This document shows, piece after piece, positions 29,681-43,060 of a stretch of DNA of 64,000 nt. Positions within the stretch are counted from its first letter, which is position 1. Every line of letters begins with the position of its first letter. The stretch is from Camelus ferus (Eukaryota): NCBI RefSeq assembly GCF_009834535.1, contig NC_045697.1, forward strand, positions 74,650,001 through 74,714,000. Direction: 5' to 3'. The notes below the pieces were generated by a model that ran no database searches, was not told the DNA's origin, and saw only the letters and a list, made by a program, of their open reading frames with translations. The position numbers and the translations under genes were made by a program.

Positions 29681-30816
29681 CTATAAAAGAGAAAAATCAT
29701 ATGAATTAAAGCTGCTTTTCTAATTTATCAAATGGAAATTGAGCTCTGATAAAATTTTTTTAATTGCATAATGCAGTTTTGGAACTTGGAGTATTAAAAA
29801 GCTTGAGACTTTGTTAACTTTACTTACATGTTTTGATAAAAATAAAGACTTCAGATACTAAGCAGTAATTGAATCACAGCTACTGAAAAAGAGCAGCTTA
29901 AATAGTGGGATAAAGGAGTGATTCAAGGAGGTAAAGATTCTCTCTCTCCCTCTCTCTCTCACACATATTACTCTTTAAAAAGGCTTTATTATATTTTTAT
30001 GATTATAAGACTATTTTTATTACACACAATTTGGAGAATATACACATATTTCTCTGGAATTTAAAGTGTAAGTTTTAGTCTGTAGACTACATTTAGAAAT
30101 CTCCAAGACTCCTTAATAGTTATATTATCAATCTTTGAAATTAAAGTGGTAAATATGGTAAAATTTTATGCAATTTTGTTTACAATTCATTATTATTTAA
30201 TATTTACATATTATCTTGTACATATCCTTATTTGTAAACCTTATTAACCTGGACACCAATCTGTCACTCTTTTACACAAAGTGCTCTATCTCCTTTTTAC
30301 CACCCGTGTTTAATTTATTCTACTCTTAAGTAGATTACACAAATTTACAAGTTTGAATTACAAATATTTGTATCTAATATGCATGTACAATATATGAGGT
30401 TGTTATAAGGAAAAATAATATTCTTCCTTAGTCAATACAGTATTCACATATGATTCATCAAACAGAAAGCTCAAAAGTTAAGACATTGTCTGAAGGTAAC
30501 TGCTACAGAGAAGTACAATTTTATATTCTCATATTTTGATTTCACAAGTTAGTTTACTTGGCTAGATCATAAAGCTAAGACTGTATCCATGCACATTATA
30601 ATGCCATAGTGAATAAGGAAAGATCTATTATAATATTTCAAAAGGCATTTCTTAAACTGTTCTGCTAATGCTTACCACTGATCATTAAAAAATTTGAAGA
30701 AAGTAAAGATATTTCAGTGTATTCACTATTTAGAAGAACACATCCTCAATGTGCATGATTACAGTCACTAAAGATTATATCTACATTTGAAAGACAATTA
30801 ATTGTGAGACACTTAC

Positions 30817-30877
30817 CTAATGTAAGCAAAAATTTTAGTCTTTCAGAAATATCCAAACTCTGAAATAATTTTCTTCC
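30817..30877 (-). CDS. TBCK: TBCK coding exon (~7)
   Basis: 61 nt, tatttag| ... |gtaagt; GRKLFQSLDISERLKFLLTL. Confidence 0.96.
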
Positions 30878-31489
30878 CTAAATAAAATAGGAAGAGAAAT
30901 TTTGTTAACATTTACATCATTTTTCTTATGATGGTCTTTTTTTTTTTCAGAGCTGAAAATGATTTTATTAGGTACTTCTATTTCTCTTTAGAGGTTTTAT
31001 TATATTTTTGAGTTAGCTCCACTAAAGACAAATCATTGGGGACATAACATTTTTTTAAAAGTTGCATAATATTTAACATTCAAATATTTCACATTTCTAA
31101 TGATCATTATATTCTAGCTTGATCTCAAGCATTCTTCACTTTTGAGACTCACTTATACCTGGTTGTCTAGAGAAACTCCAGGCTACTAGGAATCTTATTT
31201 GATTAAGAGACCAAGATGACTCCTCGGAAAGATTCTTATTACCCTTTCATCTACCCAATAATTCTTACTTATATATCACAATCCAGGTCATCTGTTGTCT
31301 CCATTAGGAAACATTCCATGATGCTCCTTCCTCTTTCCACGATGACTTAGACAACCATCTTTGTGTTCCCATAGCACCTGATATATTTCTTTAAGACACA
31401 TGCATTATATTTTAATTGTCCCCTATTAATTGGCTTCAAGGGGCTCCTTGGAATGGAGTCTGGAATCAAACACTTACAACTTCAATGAT

Positions 31490-31705
31490 TATGGGTTCAA
31501 CAACTACTGTGTGCCAAGTTGGAGTATTCATCCCAAGTCATGTATGTTGAGCAAATTACTTAACTACATTAAGTCTCACTTTTCTCACTTCTAAACTGGA
31601 ATGCCATGCAGGTTGCAGTGAGGGTTATATAATGTATAAAAAAACACTTAGCATTTTCTGCACAAAGAAAATACTTCATAAATGTTGGCTACTGCTATGT
31701 TTTTC
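31490..31705 (+). mobile_element. MIR SINE fragment
   Basis: gagcaaattacttaactacattaagtctcacttttctcacttctaaactgg core; ends cttcataaatgttggctact. Confidence 0.65.
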
Positions 31706-32257
31706 TTATTATAATCAAATTAAACTTCTATGATCCTTTAAACAGGCTCAGAAGGAGAAGGCTTAAGAAGATAACCTGGTCTTTATGTAGAGAAAGAGAC
31801 TGCTTTTCTTTTTTTTTTTTAAATAGAGAGGAAACACTTTCTTAAGAACTTACTGAAATAGAACTACAAGTGGAGAGATCATTGAAAAAAGTTGCCATTC
31901 TTCTTTTTTCTCAATTTCTTATACTATTATCAATATTAACCTTCTAAAAATGCAGGTTTGATTTCATCAATATCTTGTTTAAAAACTTTAAATGGTCCCA
32001 CATACCCTATATAACTAAATATATACTTCTCAATACAGCATTCAAAGTCTTCTAGGATATGGCTCCACTATAACTTTTCAGTCTAAATGCTTACTACTTA
32101 CTACTTACCTACCCTGTGATGAACACACACACAGACGCACACACATAGACACACAAAGCAGGTAAATTTGATTACACTGGGCCTACATAGGCCTACAGAC
32201 TGACTCATGTTATTTCCTTACTAGTAATTTTCTCTTCGTGTCTATCAAAGTTCTATA

Positions 32258-32579
32258 TGGTCACTTCTTGCTACCCACAGGGGGTTGGTTGGTCCCAGGA
32301 CCCACTCAGATACCCACATCCACTGTTGCTCAAGTCCCTTATATAAGATTGTGTAATACTTGCATATCCTCCTGTACATGTTAAATCATCTCTAGATTAC
32401 TTATAATACCTAATAAAATGCAAATAATATGTAAATAGATGTAAATCAATGTAAACAGTTGCTGTCGTATGGCAAGTTCAAGTCTTGCTTTTTGGAACTT
32501 TCTGGAAATTTTTTTTCAAATGTTTTCAATCTGAAGTTGGTTGCATTCGTAGATGCAACAGAATACAGAGGGCAGACTG
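32258..32579 (+). mobile_element. MER2B-like Tigger-family MITE
   Basis: gctcaagtcccttatataa ... aaatcatctctagattacttataatacctaata ... gatgcaacagaatacagagggcagactg followed by TA. Confidence 0.85.
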
Positions 32580-32817
32580 TATCCTTTATTTCATTCTCAC
32601 TTCTGAATGTTAATTTTGTGAGTTAAAGAATTCAAAATTCAAAATTATTTTCTCTTAGCACTTTGATAGTATTGGCCACTGTTTTCTTGCATTCACACTG
32701 CTAAGAAGTTCAGTGCCAATCTAACTGATATTCTTTGTAGGTAATATGCCTTTTCTTTCTGGCATACTTTAAGATTCTCTCATTAACACTGATAAAGACA
32801 CCAGAGCTTAGTAAAAG

Positions 32818-33077
32818 GCAGCTTAGTGTGTTGGTTAAAGGTGTGTAAAGCTTTGGATACAGATTGATGGATACAAATCTGCTTAACTGCTTACTATTAT
32901 GTAACCAGGACAGGTTGTTTAACCTCTCTGTACCTCAGTTTCCTAATTTGTACAGTAAAGACAGTAACTAGATAAACTTTGTAAGGCTGGTGTGAGTATT
33001 GATTGAGATAATAGATGTAAATAGATTATACAAGTACCTGGCACTTACAAAGTGCTCAATAAATGTTACCCATTATG
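32818..33077 (+). mobile_element. Near-full-length MIR SINE
   Basis: gtgttggttaaagg head, ttgtttaacctctctgtacctcagtttcctaatttgta core, cctggcacttacaaagtgctcaataaatgtt tail. Confidence 0.88.
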
Positions 33078-34469
33078 TCATCATAGGTCATCTCCTAAAA
33101 GTTTAGTATGAGATTTCTAGATACTTATTGTTGTTGTTGTTTGTATGTTGTGATGTTTTTCTCTTGCCTTGCGAGGTAATTAGTAGGTTCTTCCAAACTG
33201 AGAACTTCACTTTCTACTTCTGGTACAAATATTAGAATGTCTGAATCTATATTCCCTGTCTTTGAAAATTTCTTTTATATTTTCAATCTCTTTATCTCTT
33301 TGTGTCATATTCTGGGAGAATTAATCAGTGTTTAGTGTGTCCAGTTTCCTATGATTGATCTATTTAGTTCTTTATTTCTTTATTACAAATAGATTTTTTT
33401 TTCTTAAAACTCTTAACTGGTTCTCATTTTTTTCAGTAAATGTCCTTGACTTCTAGTTTCTATATTTCTATATTTGTTTCATGAATTTAGTTTTTTCCTT
33501 TCTCTCTTAAAAAACACATAACATTTATTTTAGAGTCCTTTCTACTGTAAATAGAATGTAAATTCTATTCATTGTTTCTTTTTCATAGATGTCAACTTCA
33601 GATGCTTGGTGTTTCTCAGATATGCATTCATCTTTTAATACAGAGTTCCTATACATCTTTTGGACTATGGAAACTTCTGGGTGGCAGAGTAGCTGTACTG
33701 ACTTTCTGGTGATATGGCAAGAGCTTCCTAGCAAAATGTTATAGCTTCTCATCTATTTCCTTAGAATTTCTAGTGTACCAAAAGTTCCTTTTGTTAAATG
33801 TTGGTGTGTTATTAATTTATATCTTAATATTTTGTATGAAATCTAAAGATTTGATGAGGTAGAGGAAGATTTAAGCCATCCTAAAATTAGACTGTCTAAA
33901 CTTTCGGCAGCACATAAAATGTCATGAAGCCTCTGTGACGGTATTAATACTTACTTTCTTGGATTTCACACAGCTCTCTGGTGTTTATCTTCAAAGTTTA
34001 TGAATTTACATTAAATTATAAGCTCTTTGACAGTGCATCTAAATCACAGTTTATTCACTACTGCATTGCTATATACACAGTAAATACTCATCAACATTTG
34101 CTAAATTGAATTACTCATATAAGGCATACTTAGATCATTAGTAAAGAGTTTAAATACAGGTGATGGTAATAAAAAGAAAACGCTATACACTTCACATTTA
34201 CACTTATATATATACTTCACAATCACATTCCAATAAAATTCTTCATTTAGGCTATGATTTTAAACAAAAATAAGATTTACTATCATTTTAAATCAATGAA
34301 AAGTAAGATGGTCTAGATGAAGGACAGCAAAGAATCAGAAAATCTGGCATTTTCCCTTAGAAAAAGCAATACCAATGTGTATGCTACCATGTTATTATGA
34401 ATATTTTAAAATTAATAATAAAATCTAACATTTATAGACTGTTCACAATTCAACACTCAATTCTTTATA

Positions 34470-34680
34470 TACATTAAGTATCCAAGTACTTTATATACAT
34501 TATGTCATTTACTTTTTCCAACAGCTTTACGATATAGATACTACTACTATTTATGGGAGTGGAGCCAAAGCCTTAAGAAGTTGGGTTAGTTACCCTAAGT
34601 CACACAGCTATACTTTCCTGCATTAGATTTCAAACCCAGTTCTGTCTAACCACAAAACTTGGCTATTATGCATTACTACT
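34470..34680 (-). mobile_element. MIR SINE fragment, antisense
   Basis: tatgtcatttact...caacagc...ttagttaccctaagtcacacagcta...ttcaaacccagttctgtct. Confidence 0.65.
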
Positions 34681-35775
34681 TCTGTTGTTGTATTAATTCT
34701 CAAAATGCACAAAATGAAGAAAATAATGTTAACCTAACTCTTAGATACGGTAAATATCAATGAGTTAGACTTTCAAAATACTTTAAAAACCCCTTGGAAG
34801 ACAGAACAATAGATGAATAATAAAAATGTCTGCCTCTAAAGACCTCATAGTTCAAGTAAAGCAGATAAATGTGACAAATGCTATAACAGGAGAGCAAAGA
34901 AGATAGGGACCTAATCCTGGCAGGTGTTTGGACACAGGATCGACAAAATGTTAGTTGTCCCTCAATATTATTCTCATTTTGAACATGACCCTGTTAGTTG
35001 ACCCTCCAAATCCATTCTTGCACCTATATGTGGTCACATGAGTAAACTGATCACTAGTGAAAAGTACAAAGTTGGATATTTGCAATTTTACATCATCTTC
35101 TTAAAGACTCATTCCTCTCCTTTTCCTATGGCTAAAAAAGATGATAAAAATATTTTTGGAAATTAGATGGTTAGAATGGTGGAGCCAACCCTGACAGGCT
35201 AGGTTTCTACAAGACACTGTGGAACAGAGCCCACTCTAACTTTCTGTGACAGTTAAATGAGGGATGAAAACATCTATGTTCTTTAAGTTACTGTATTTTT
35301 AATTCTTTTGCTTTTAATAGCTGTGTAGTCTTTATTACCTTAATAAATATAGAGGATATTTGGGGAAGGCCTCATAAAAAGCAAACTCAATTACAAAGTG
35401 AGTCTTATAGGAGACAGAACAGGACAGAAGGTATTTGAGGAAGAAAGAATACCACAGAAGAGAAAGAGAGTATGAACATACCAAAGTGTGTAGGCAGTTT
35501 CAGTGTAAGCTTTTCTAAATATGTTTAATCTTTTCACTTAGTAAAGTGTAAATTTTTCATACTTAATAAAAGTGTAAACATTTCTAGATATATATACCAA
35601 CATAATATACAAAAAAATCATTAAGCAGGATTTTTTAAAAAGTAAAATTGAGATTTAAGTCTTTTCTCCTTATGTCTGGTCAATTTACAAAGCAAAAACA
35701 TATTATTACTTAATAGCTTTCCTATCCAAAAATATTTTTCTAATAAATATACAACTTATTCTTATTAATTTATTA

Positions 35776-35964
<189 letters not shown>

Positions 35965-36281
35965 CTATAAACTATAAACAGGAAAAGAAGTATGCAGCAG
36001 TACATTTTTACTGTCAGTACAGTAAGATCTATGCAAAAGCTCAATGCAATAAATTAACAATTCTTGCTATGAAGAATTCTAAACTAACCATCATAATACA
36101 AGTCTTTATGTCTAGGAATAAAGAGCAAATATATGAGTCTCAAGTAATTTAAAACCTATCTCTACAACATTAGTTCTTTTCTCTGCTTTCCTCTGTGTTA
36201 ACACATTGTCTTCTTTCAGTCTTCCAGGCTTCCAGGTGTTTTCCCTTCTTCCTTACTATCTTTTCTTTATACTTAACTCTT

Positions 36282-36335
36282 TTTTTTTTAAATAGTTTTT
36301 TTTTTATTGAGTTATAGTCATTTTACAATGTTGTG
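36282..36335 (-). mobile_element. Extremely 5'-truncated L1 3' end with A tail and 15-bp TSD
   Basis: TTATACTTAACTCTT at 36267-36281 and 36336-36350; interior is poly-T plus tttattgagttatagtcattttacaatgttgtg. Confidence 0.88.
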
Positions 36336-36675
36336 TTATACTTAACTCTTGTTTAAAGTACATTTTATCTCTGAAAACAGTATTTGTTCTTTTGAATGCT
36401 AGGAATGTCAAAATCTGTAAAATACATATAAATTGAAAAGTAAGACTCTTTCCCATCTCTATACTCCAGTCACCCATATATATTCATGTATGAATAAATT
36501 TGACCAACCATCACCATTGTCCCATAGGGAAGCATACACAACACGCACTATTCTGTACCCTTTCTTTTTCACACAAAATATATTATGGAGATCATTCTAA
36601 AAAAATAGTTTCCTTGGGGAAACTTTTGCAGATGTACACAATATATAGTATTTTTAGCAACACTGTTTGTAACAT

Positions 36676-36976
36676 TAAACAATCTTATGGTTACTGGAGT
36701 GGGAGGGAGGGGATAAACTTGGGAGTTAGAGATTTGCAAATATTAACTACTATATATATATATGTAAAAAACAAATTTCTTCTGTATAGCACAGGGAAGT
36801 ATATCCAATATCTTACAATAACCCTTAATGAAAAAGAATATGAAAATGAATATATGTATGTATATGTATGACTGGGACATTATGCTGTACACCAGAAATT
36901 GACACAACATTGTAAACTGACTACACTTCAATAAAACCTACCTTTAAATTACAAAAATAATAATAAATAAATAAAA
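36676..36976 (+). mobile_element. Young L1 3' UTR fragment (artiodactyl/camelid type) with A-rich tail
   Basis: ctgtatagcacagggaagtatatccaatatctt ... tgctgtacaccagaaattgacacaacattgtaaactgactacacttcaataaaa. Confidence 0.85.
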
Positions 36977-38369
36977 CTTCCAACTGGTGATCTCTAGAAG
37001 CATGCATGTGACTTTTGCCCCCAGAATTCTAATTTTCCTTCCAATCAAAAACTGATTAAATTAATTAATAAAAGTAATAAGCCCTACGATTTTTTTTTAA
37101 TGTAGATTATCTCCTTTTAGCAAGAATCCCTTCTGTAGCATAGTACTTTAACACCCAAAGAAAATTACCAGAACTCTGCTGTGAGTACTGACTGCTGAAA
37201 TAAATATACGTGCTTTTCATCATCTGTTTGATGTTTTAACAAGGTATTAAGCTACTGGCCAACTGAAATAAATGTCCAATTTCTGACTCTACAATATTTT
37301 GAAACAGATGTTAACATTTTACTTTGTTGTTTCTTAATATTTGTCTTTTGAACCAACTGCAAGCTTCTTCTGGTGTAAATGTTTTCTTTCATGCCTTAGC
37401 TGTTTGATCACTTTATTTTTCCTGGCTAATGTTTCATATTTTTCTCTTTGATACCTTCTGGTCAGACCTTTTGGGTCTAAGATTTCAAAGTAAGCCAAAC
37501 CAAATGGCACACAAGACCAATTCAATCCAAGCATTTAAAATTCAAACATTAACTCTTCAAAATGCTTTATGTGCTTTAAGAAAAATCACTTGCTTTCTTC
37601 TATTCATCACTAAAACCCAAAGCACCTTTAAGTAAAAGGTACAAAATTAAAGTAATTTTCGTTTGTTTTGTTTTTAGATTTCTCTCTTATACAAACTTAG
37701 ACAAAATGAAGAAGCACGTTTACTGCAGCTTCTTAAAAGCTACTCAAAAGGCAATGATCACATGTGATGAAGATACTAGAGCTCTGCAATGAATTTTAAT
37801 TATATGCAAAAGGTTTTTTAAACAAATAAAGGATAGGCTATTGTTACAAAATTTTGTTTTCTTGAGTGTGAAAACTGTTGCCTATGCCACAAGTTTTGAT
37901 ACACAAAACTATAAGATTATGAATGTATGCACATTAATAAGTGAGCCATCAAAATAGAAAATTTTCCCATTAAACAATGAGCTTCTTCAAGATGGGAACT
38001 GACTTTATCCACTTTTGTATATCAAGCAGCCAGAAGAAAAGGTGTTCAATAAATATTTTCTTAATAAATAAAGGAAAGAATGACTAGACAGTTTAAGGTT
38101 ATTAGTTATGACCTAAGTAGTAAAAATTTTAAGTAAGAAAACCTACAGTATAACTTAAAAAGATAAAAGGTGATTTTAAAATGAGACCTTTTTTTTTAAA
38201 CATCTCTTTAAACAATATTCTCCTGCAGAAACTCACTCCATAACTCCAAACCACAATTCCCAATAATGGAGTGATAGGACTGTCTTTAGAGAGCCCAAAA
38301 AGCAAAACACAAATAGATATTATTAAAAACAATCTCACAGTAATTGGAAAAGATGCTTAAGATCTCTAG

Positions 38370-38675
38370 ATAACAGTATTATATCAATTTTAATTTCCTG
38401 GTTTTGATAATTGTTTCATGGTTCTGTAAGAAAATTCTTTTCTTTAGGAAATATAAAGTGAAGTATTTAGGGGTAAAAGGCCATTATGTACATTACAACT
38501 CTTAAATGATTCAGAAAAAAATTTATACATACACACATATGTGTAAGAGAAAAGAAAGAGATGAGACAAATGCAGGGAAATGTCAATTTCTGAGGAATCT
38601 TGAATGAAGGTTATACAGGAATTCTTTGTACTATTTTGTAACTTCTATATATCTAAGTTAATGTCAAAATTAAAC
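38370..38675 (+). mobile_element. L1MC-like 3' end
   Basis: aatttcctggttttgataattgt ... gaagtatttaggggtaaa ... gaatcttgaatgaaggttatacaggaattctttgtactatttt. Confidence 0.75.
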
Positions 38676-39309
38676 ACTTATTAAAGAATTATATTATTAA
38701 CATGTTTAAAAAGCAACTACTAAATATATAAAAAATCTATATCAAAAGCACACAATTGAGTACAGGATGAAATCAACTTTCATTCCTTTCTGGAGACCAA
38801 CACAAATCTGGAATTCCATGTGAGAAGTGATCAAATAAACCTCTCCAAAATTAAACACAGATTTTCAGGTATAGAATCTACCCCATTACCTCTGATATCT
38901 ACAATGATTTGATTTAAGTCTTAATGTACAGTAATATCTTAGAGAACAGGGAATTAATTTTTGCAACATTAGAGAATAATACGAGAGTAATTTTTCAGTC
39001 TTGAGGAACACACATTATCACTAAGTGAGAATCTGGGCAGACTTCTTGACTTATATTTATCTAGTTCTGAATGAAATAAAATCAACCAGTAAACATTAAA
39101 GGTGAAAAAGGTCAACATCAGGGAACTTTTGTATGCTGGCAAAAACCCACTGTCTATTCTTTGAAAAATATGTGGAAATTTAGGATATGTTTAATTTAAA
39201 AGAGCTAGTTTTGTGTGAAAAAGTAATATAAGTAATAATTAACAAAATACATACTTTATCAAAGATTACAAAGTTTAAGACAGAACTCAGAAAACATACA
39301 TATTCTTAC

Positions 39310-39383
39310 CCAATTGGGAAATCAACATCATCACCATATGCTGTCATGTGGTAAAGTCCAAATTTAGCCAGTTTAACATGTCC
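39310..39383 (-). CDS. TBCK: TBCK coding exon (~5)
   Basis: 74 nt, attgtag| ... |gtaaga; GHVKLAKFGLYHMTAYGDDVDFPI(G). Confidence 0.96.
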
Positions 39384-40864
39384 CTACAATAGTAAAGAAA
39401 AAAACTGACTATAAAACATTTTAGTATTATTGGCAGGGAAAATTATGAACATATATTTTATAAGTAAGGAAACCATCATATAGTCATATACACTAAGAAA
39501 AAAATTATATTTTAATTTATCAAAATTTTATTAAAAACTCTCAGTATTTGAAGTATGCTTTATATTCATTACAAATATATATACACACATATATAATAAT
39601 ATAGATATCAAAATGACTAACATTAAACAATTTTTGCTGTTTGCCTTTTCCAGGCTTCTTAAAAAATCAAAAATGGTCTCATTTGTCTTGAATCCCTGCT
39701 TAGTATATTTTGTGGTAATTTTCACAAAAGGGTTTTTTTCCCAGGAATTTGAGTCTATTCATAATGTTATAATTTAAACCTGACGTGGACGTTCTTAACT
39801 TGAAAAGATCAGTTCACAAATCAGCAAGGCATTAGTGAATCTGCTCAATTTCCAACACTTTTTTATACTGTTTGAGGATAACCATAATTATCACAAGTGG
39901 GGCCCTTAATAAAAAACAATTATAAATTTCTTAAATCTCCTGTTTTTTTCCTTTAAGATTTTAAGAATTAAAAAAATTAAGTCAATTGTAAAATTGGTTT
40001 GTTTTCTTTTCCTCAAGAACACTATTTCCCAGCATTATAAGACATTTATATTCTAAAACAATTCAGATTGGTTAGATACTTTACTACCATAAGCATGAAA
40101 TTAATTAGAATCATCTTATCTTTATATTTTAATATTATAGGGTGAGTGTATTGAAAGTCTGGAAGACAATCAGAGAAAAAGAATAATACCACTAATACAG
40201 AAAATAATTTTCCAGAAAAAAATCCTCATAGTTATTTTATATGCTCATAAAAAAGAATAAAATTATGATTATTTCTGAAAAAGTATCACCCTGCTATCCA
40301 TAATTCTCTTAGCAGGGTTGACTAGCTTTTTATTAATCCCTTAAAAGATTTCCAAGCAGAGAAGCAGTACTCCAATTAAAAAAAAGAAGCTATGTATGAA
40401 CAGCTGGTAAATAAAGAAGATAAGTGAGAAATAAAATAGAAAGAAGGAAGTAGGAAAGAAGAATAAAATGGAGAAAATACATTGCAGTTGTGCTATGAGA
40501 AAAATGTTCTATGTAAATAGACAATCTTACTTAAGATGAAAAGAAATTCAGAGGGGTAGACTGGGAAGCCACAATGCTTATCTTTTAGAAAATGTGTGAA
40601 AGGAAAAACAAAACATGATATTAGAAAATGAGTTTTACACAAAAAGAATAACACATGTGAAAGACACATGGATTTATATAATTTAAAGTTACTTTTTTTT
40701 GTTGACCACAACTATATTACATTTCATATAGTCTTTTCATTATGAATAGTATTAAAACATATTCTAATTTTATAGTCCCTCTGATTAATAGAGTGGATCT
40801 GATTTCAGTAGCATCCAACCTGAAATTAAAAAAGAAATTACTTAATGAATAATTTGATGATTAC

Positions 40865-40979
40865 CTTTATATCCAAAAGGATATTATGAGGAGACAGTGC
40901 CCGGTGTACTATACCATGTTTGTTCATATACTGTAGGCCCTGAAGTACCTCAAATGCTATGCACAGAACTTTTGAATAG
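40865..40979 (-). CDS. TBCK: TBCK coding exon (human exon ~4 equivalent), pseudokinase catalytic-loop region
   Basis: 115 nt, tttgtag| ... |gtaatc; translates (S)[38 protein letters not shown], matching the recalled TBCK sequence. Confidence 0.96.
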
Positions 40980-42629
40980 CTACAAAAGGAAACAAAAAGT
41001 CACAGATTAATAGATCAATTATAAAGCAGATATAGAACCTGCTTTACAGAATAAAACAAGGTTCAGTGATAAAACTCAAAGAATTATATTTTTATTGTTC
41101 CTCCTCTATTCAGAGAAAAAGAAGCTATACATTTTCTAAAATATCTACTTGCACATATTTTTGATTTTCTGATTACAACAGAGTTAATCTGACAAAGAAC
41201 CTATAGTTTCCTAAAGGTTAATTTAATAGCAGCATTTGTTCTTCTAGGAAGGGAGTTTAATTTTGGTGGTGTGCAAATGACCTTCTGCAGGTTTGGCTTT
41301 GCCAAATTATCAGGACAGTTTCAGAATATATGGCAGAACTAAGTCAATGAAAACCACCTATCTTGCTCCAGACAAAATACCTAAAAAGAAAAAGAGCTAC
41401 AATATATTTTATGGCAGATAGACACGAGCTTACTTTCCACATCAGTCCACAAAGCAAACTCTAGTAATTTATGATTTATCACACATTTCTCTTTCCAATC
41501 CTATTCTCTCTTAAGCCATCATCTACAGGGAGCCCCAGTTTCTTTCTCTTTCTCCCTCTACCTTCGTCTCTTTCTTCCTCTGCAGTTTTTAAAAAATAAA
41601 ACATCATTCATATAGGAAGTTAGGAAGAATATACAGAAAAGTAAGGGAGACTAATTCAAATCCAATCCCCCCAACCACCAATATTAACTTTTGGGTATAG
41701 ATCTCTTTTCTACTTTTTTTTTTTAACATTTTAAACTACACTTAAAAAAAATTAGTATCTTCTGGTAACCACTAAATTAATTTTTATAAAAAAGTATAAA
41801 TAACAAGCCAACAGTGACAATAAGATGAAATTATAAAAAAGTATTCAACTTAAAAGCAGGCAGAATAAAAGGAAAAAAGAACAAAGAACAAATGAAACAA
41901 TTAGAAATTAATTAACAAATTTTAATTCAGATATATCAATTATTAAATTAAATATAAATGCTCCAAACTCACCAGTTAAAAGATAAGAATTGCCAGATTG
42001 GTAAGAATTAAGACTCAATTGTATTCAGGTGACAAGGAACCCACATTAAACAAAAGATGTAAATTAAAAGTAAAAAGATGGAATAACAGATCACTGATTG
42101 CCATGGGCTTAGGTGGAGGGAGTGTTCTGACTACAAAGGAGAATGGGAAAAACTTGCCTGATAGGATTGTTCTATTCTTAATTTTGGTGATAGTTAACAG
42201 GACTGAGTTCGTCAAACTGACTAAACTGTACACAGTAAAAAAGGGTAAATTTTAAGGTATGTAAATTAATCTCAATAAACCAGACATTAAATAATAGGCT
42301 GAATAAAATTTTTTAAAATAATGATTACTATATGACTCCTTCCTCTAAATTAAACCATAAGAAAGACTCAGAGATGAAAAGTTAAAATCTCCCTCTCCTC
42401 CCATCCTAGTCTGACCTTCCAGAAGTAACCACTATTAGCAGTTTCTGTTTTCTTCTGGTGGCTAGACTTTTACTTAATGTAATTAACTCTTCACTATGCA
42501 AGATGATATAATTAACATATTTCCCATTTCCCTTTTCCAACTCTCTGACTTTTATTGTGTATACTATATTTACATTATCAAATTTTTATAAGAGATAAAA
42601 GAAACATTCACTCCTTTCCTGAAGACTAA

Positions 42630-43060
42630 GCAAATAAACAAGTAAACTTATAATATGACTATACAGCAATTAAGCTCTAATGAGAAAAATTAGGGAAGAG
42701 AAGAGAGAATGTGGGGTACCAGGTTGCTATTATATATATATAGTACAAGCAAGGAAAGCCTGGCCTCACTGAGGTGACATTTGTGCAAAAAGTTAAAGGA
42801 AGTGGAAAAAAAACCCATGCACCTCTCTGGGAAACGTGTGATTCAGAGGGCACAGTAAAAGTCCTGAACCGGGTGAATGTACAGCAGTTAAATCAAAGAC
42901 AAAAACGCAGTGAAGCCACTGTGCATGCAGTAGAATGAGCAAAGGGTAAGGTTGGTAGGAGATGAGGTCACAGAGAGAGCAAGAAGCCAGATCATGTAGG
43001 GCCATCTAGTCCACTGTAAAGCCTTTGCTTTTTACTCTGAGACAGATGGGAAGTGATTGG
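42630..43060 (-). mobile_element. L2 LINE fragment
   Basis: ggaaagcctggcctcactgaggtgacattt ... ggagatgaggtcacagag ... gccagatcatgtagggcc ... tttactctgagacagatgggaag. Confidence 0.85.
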
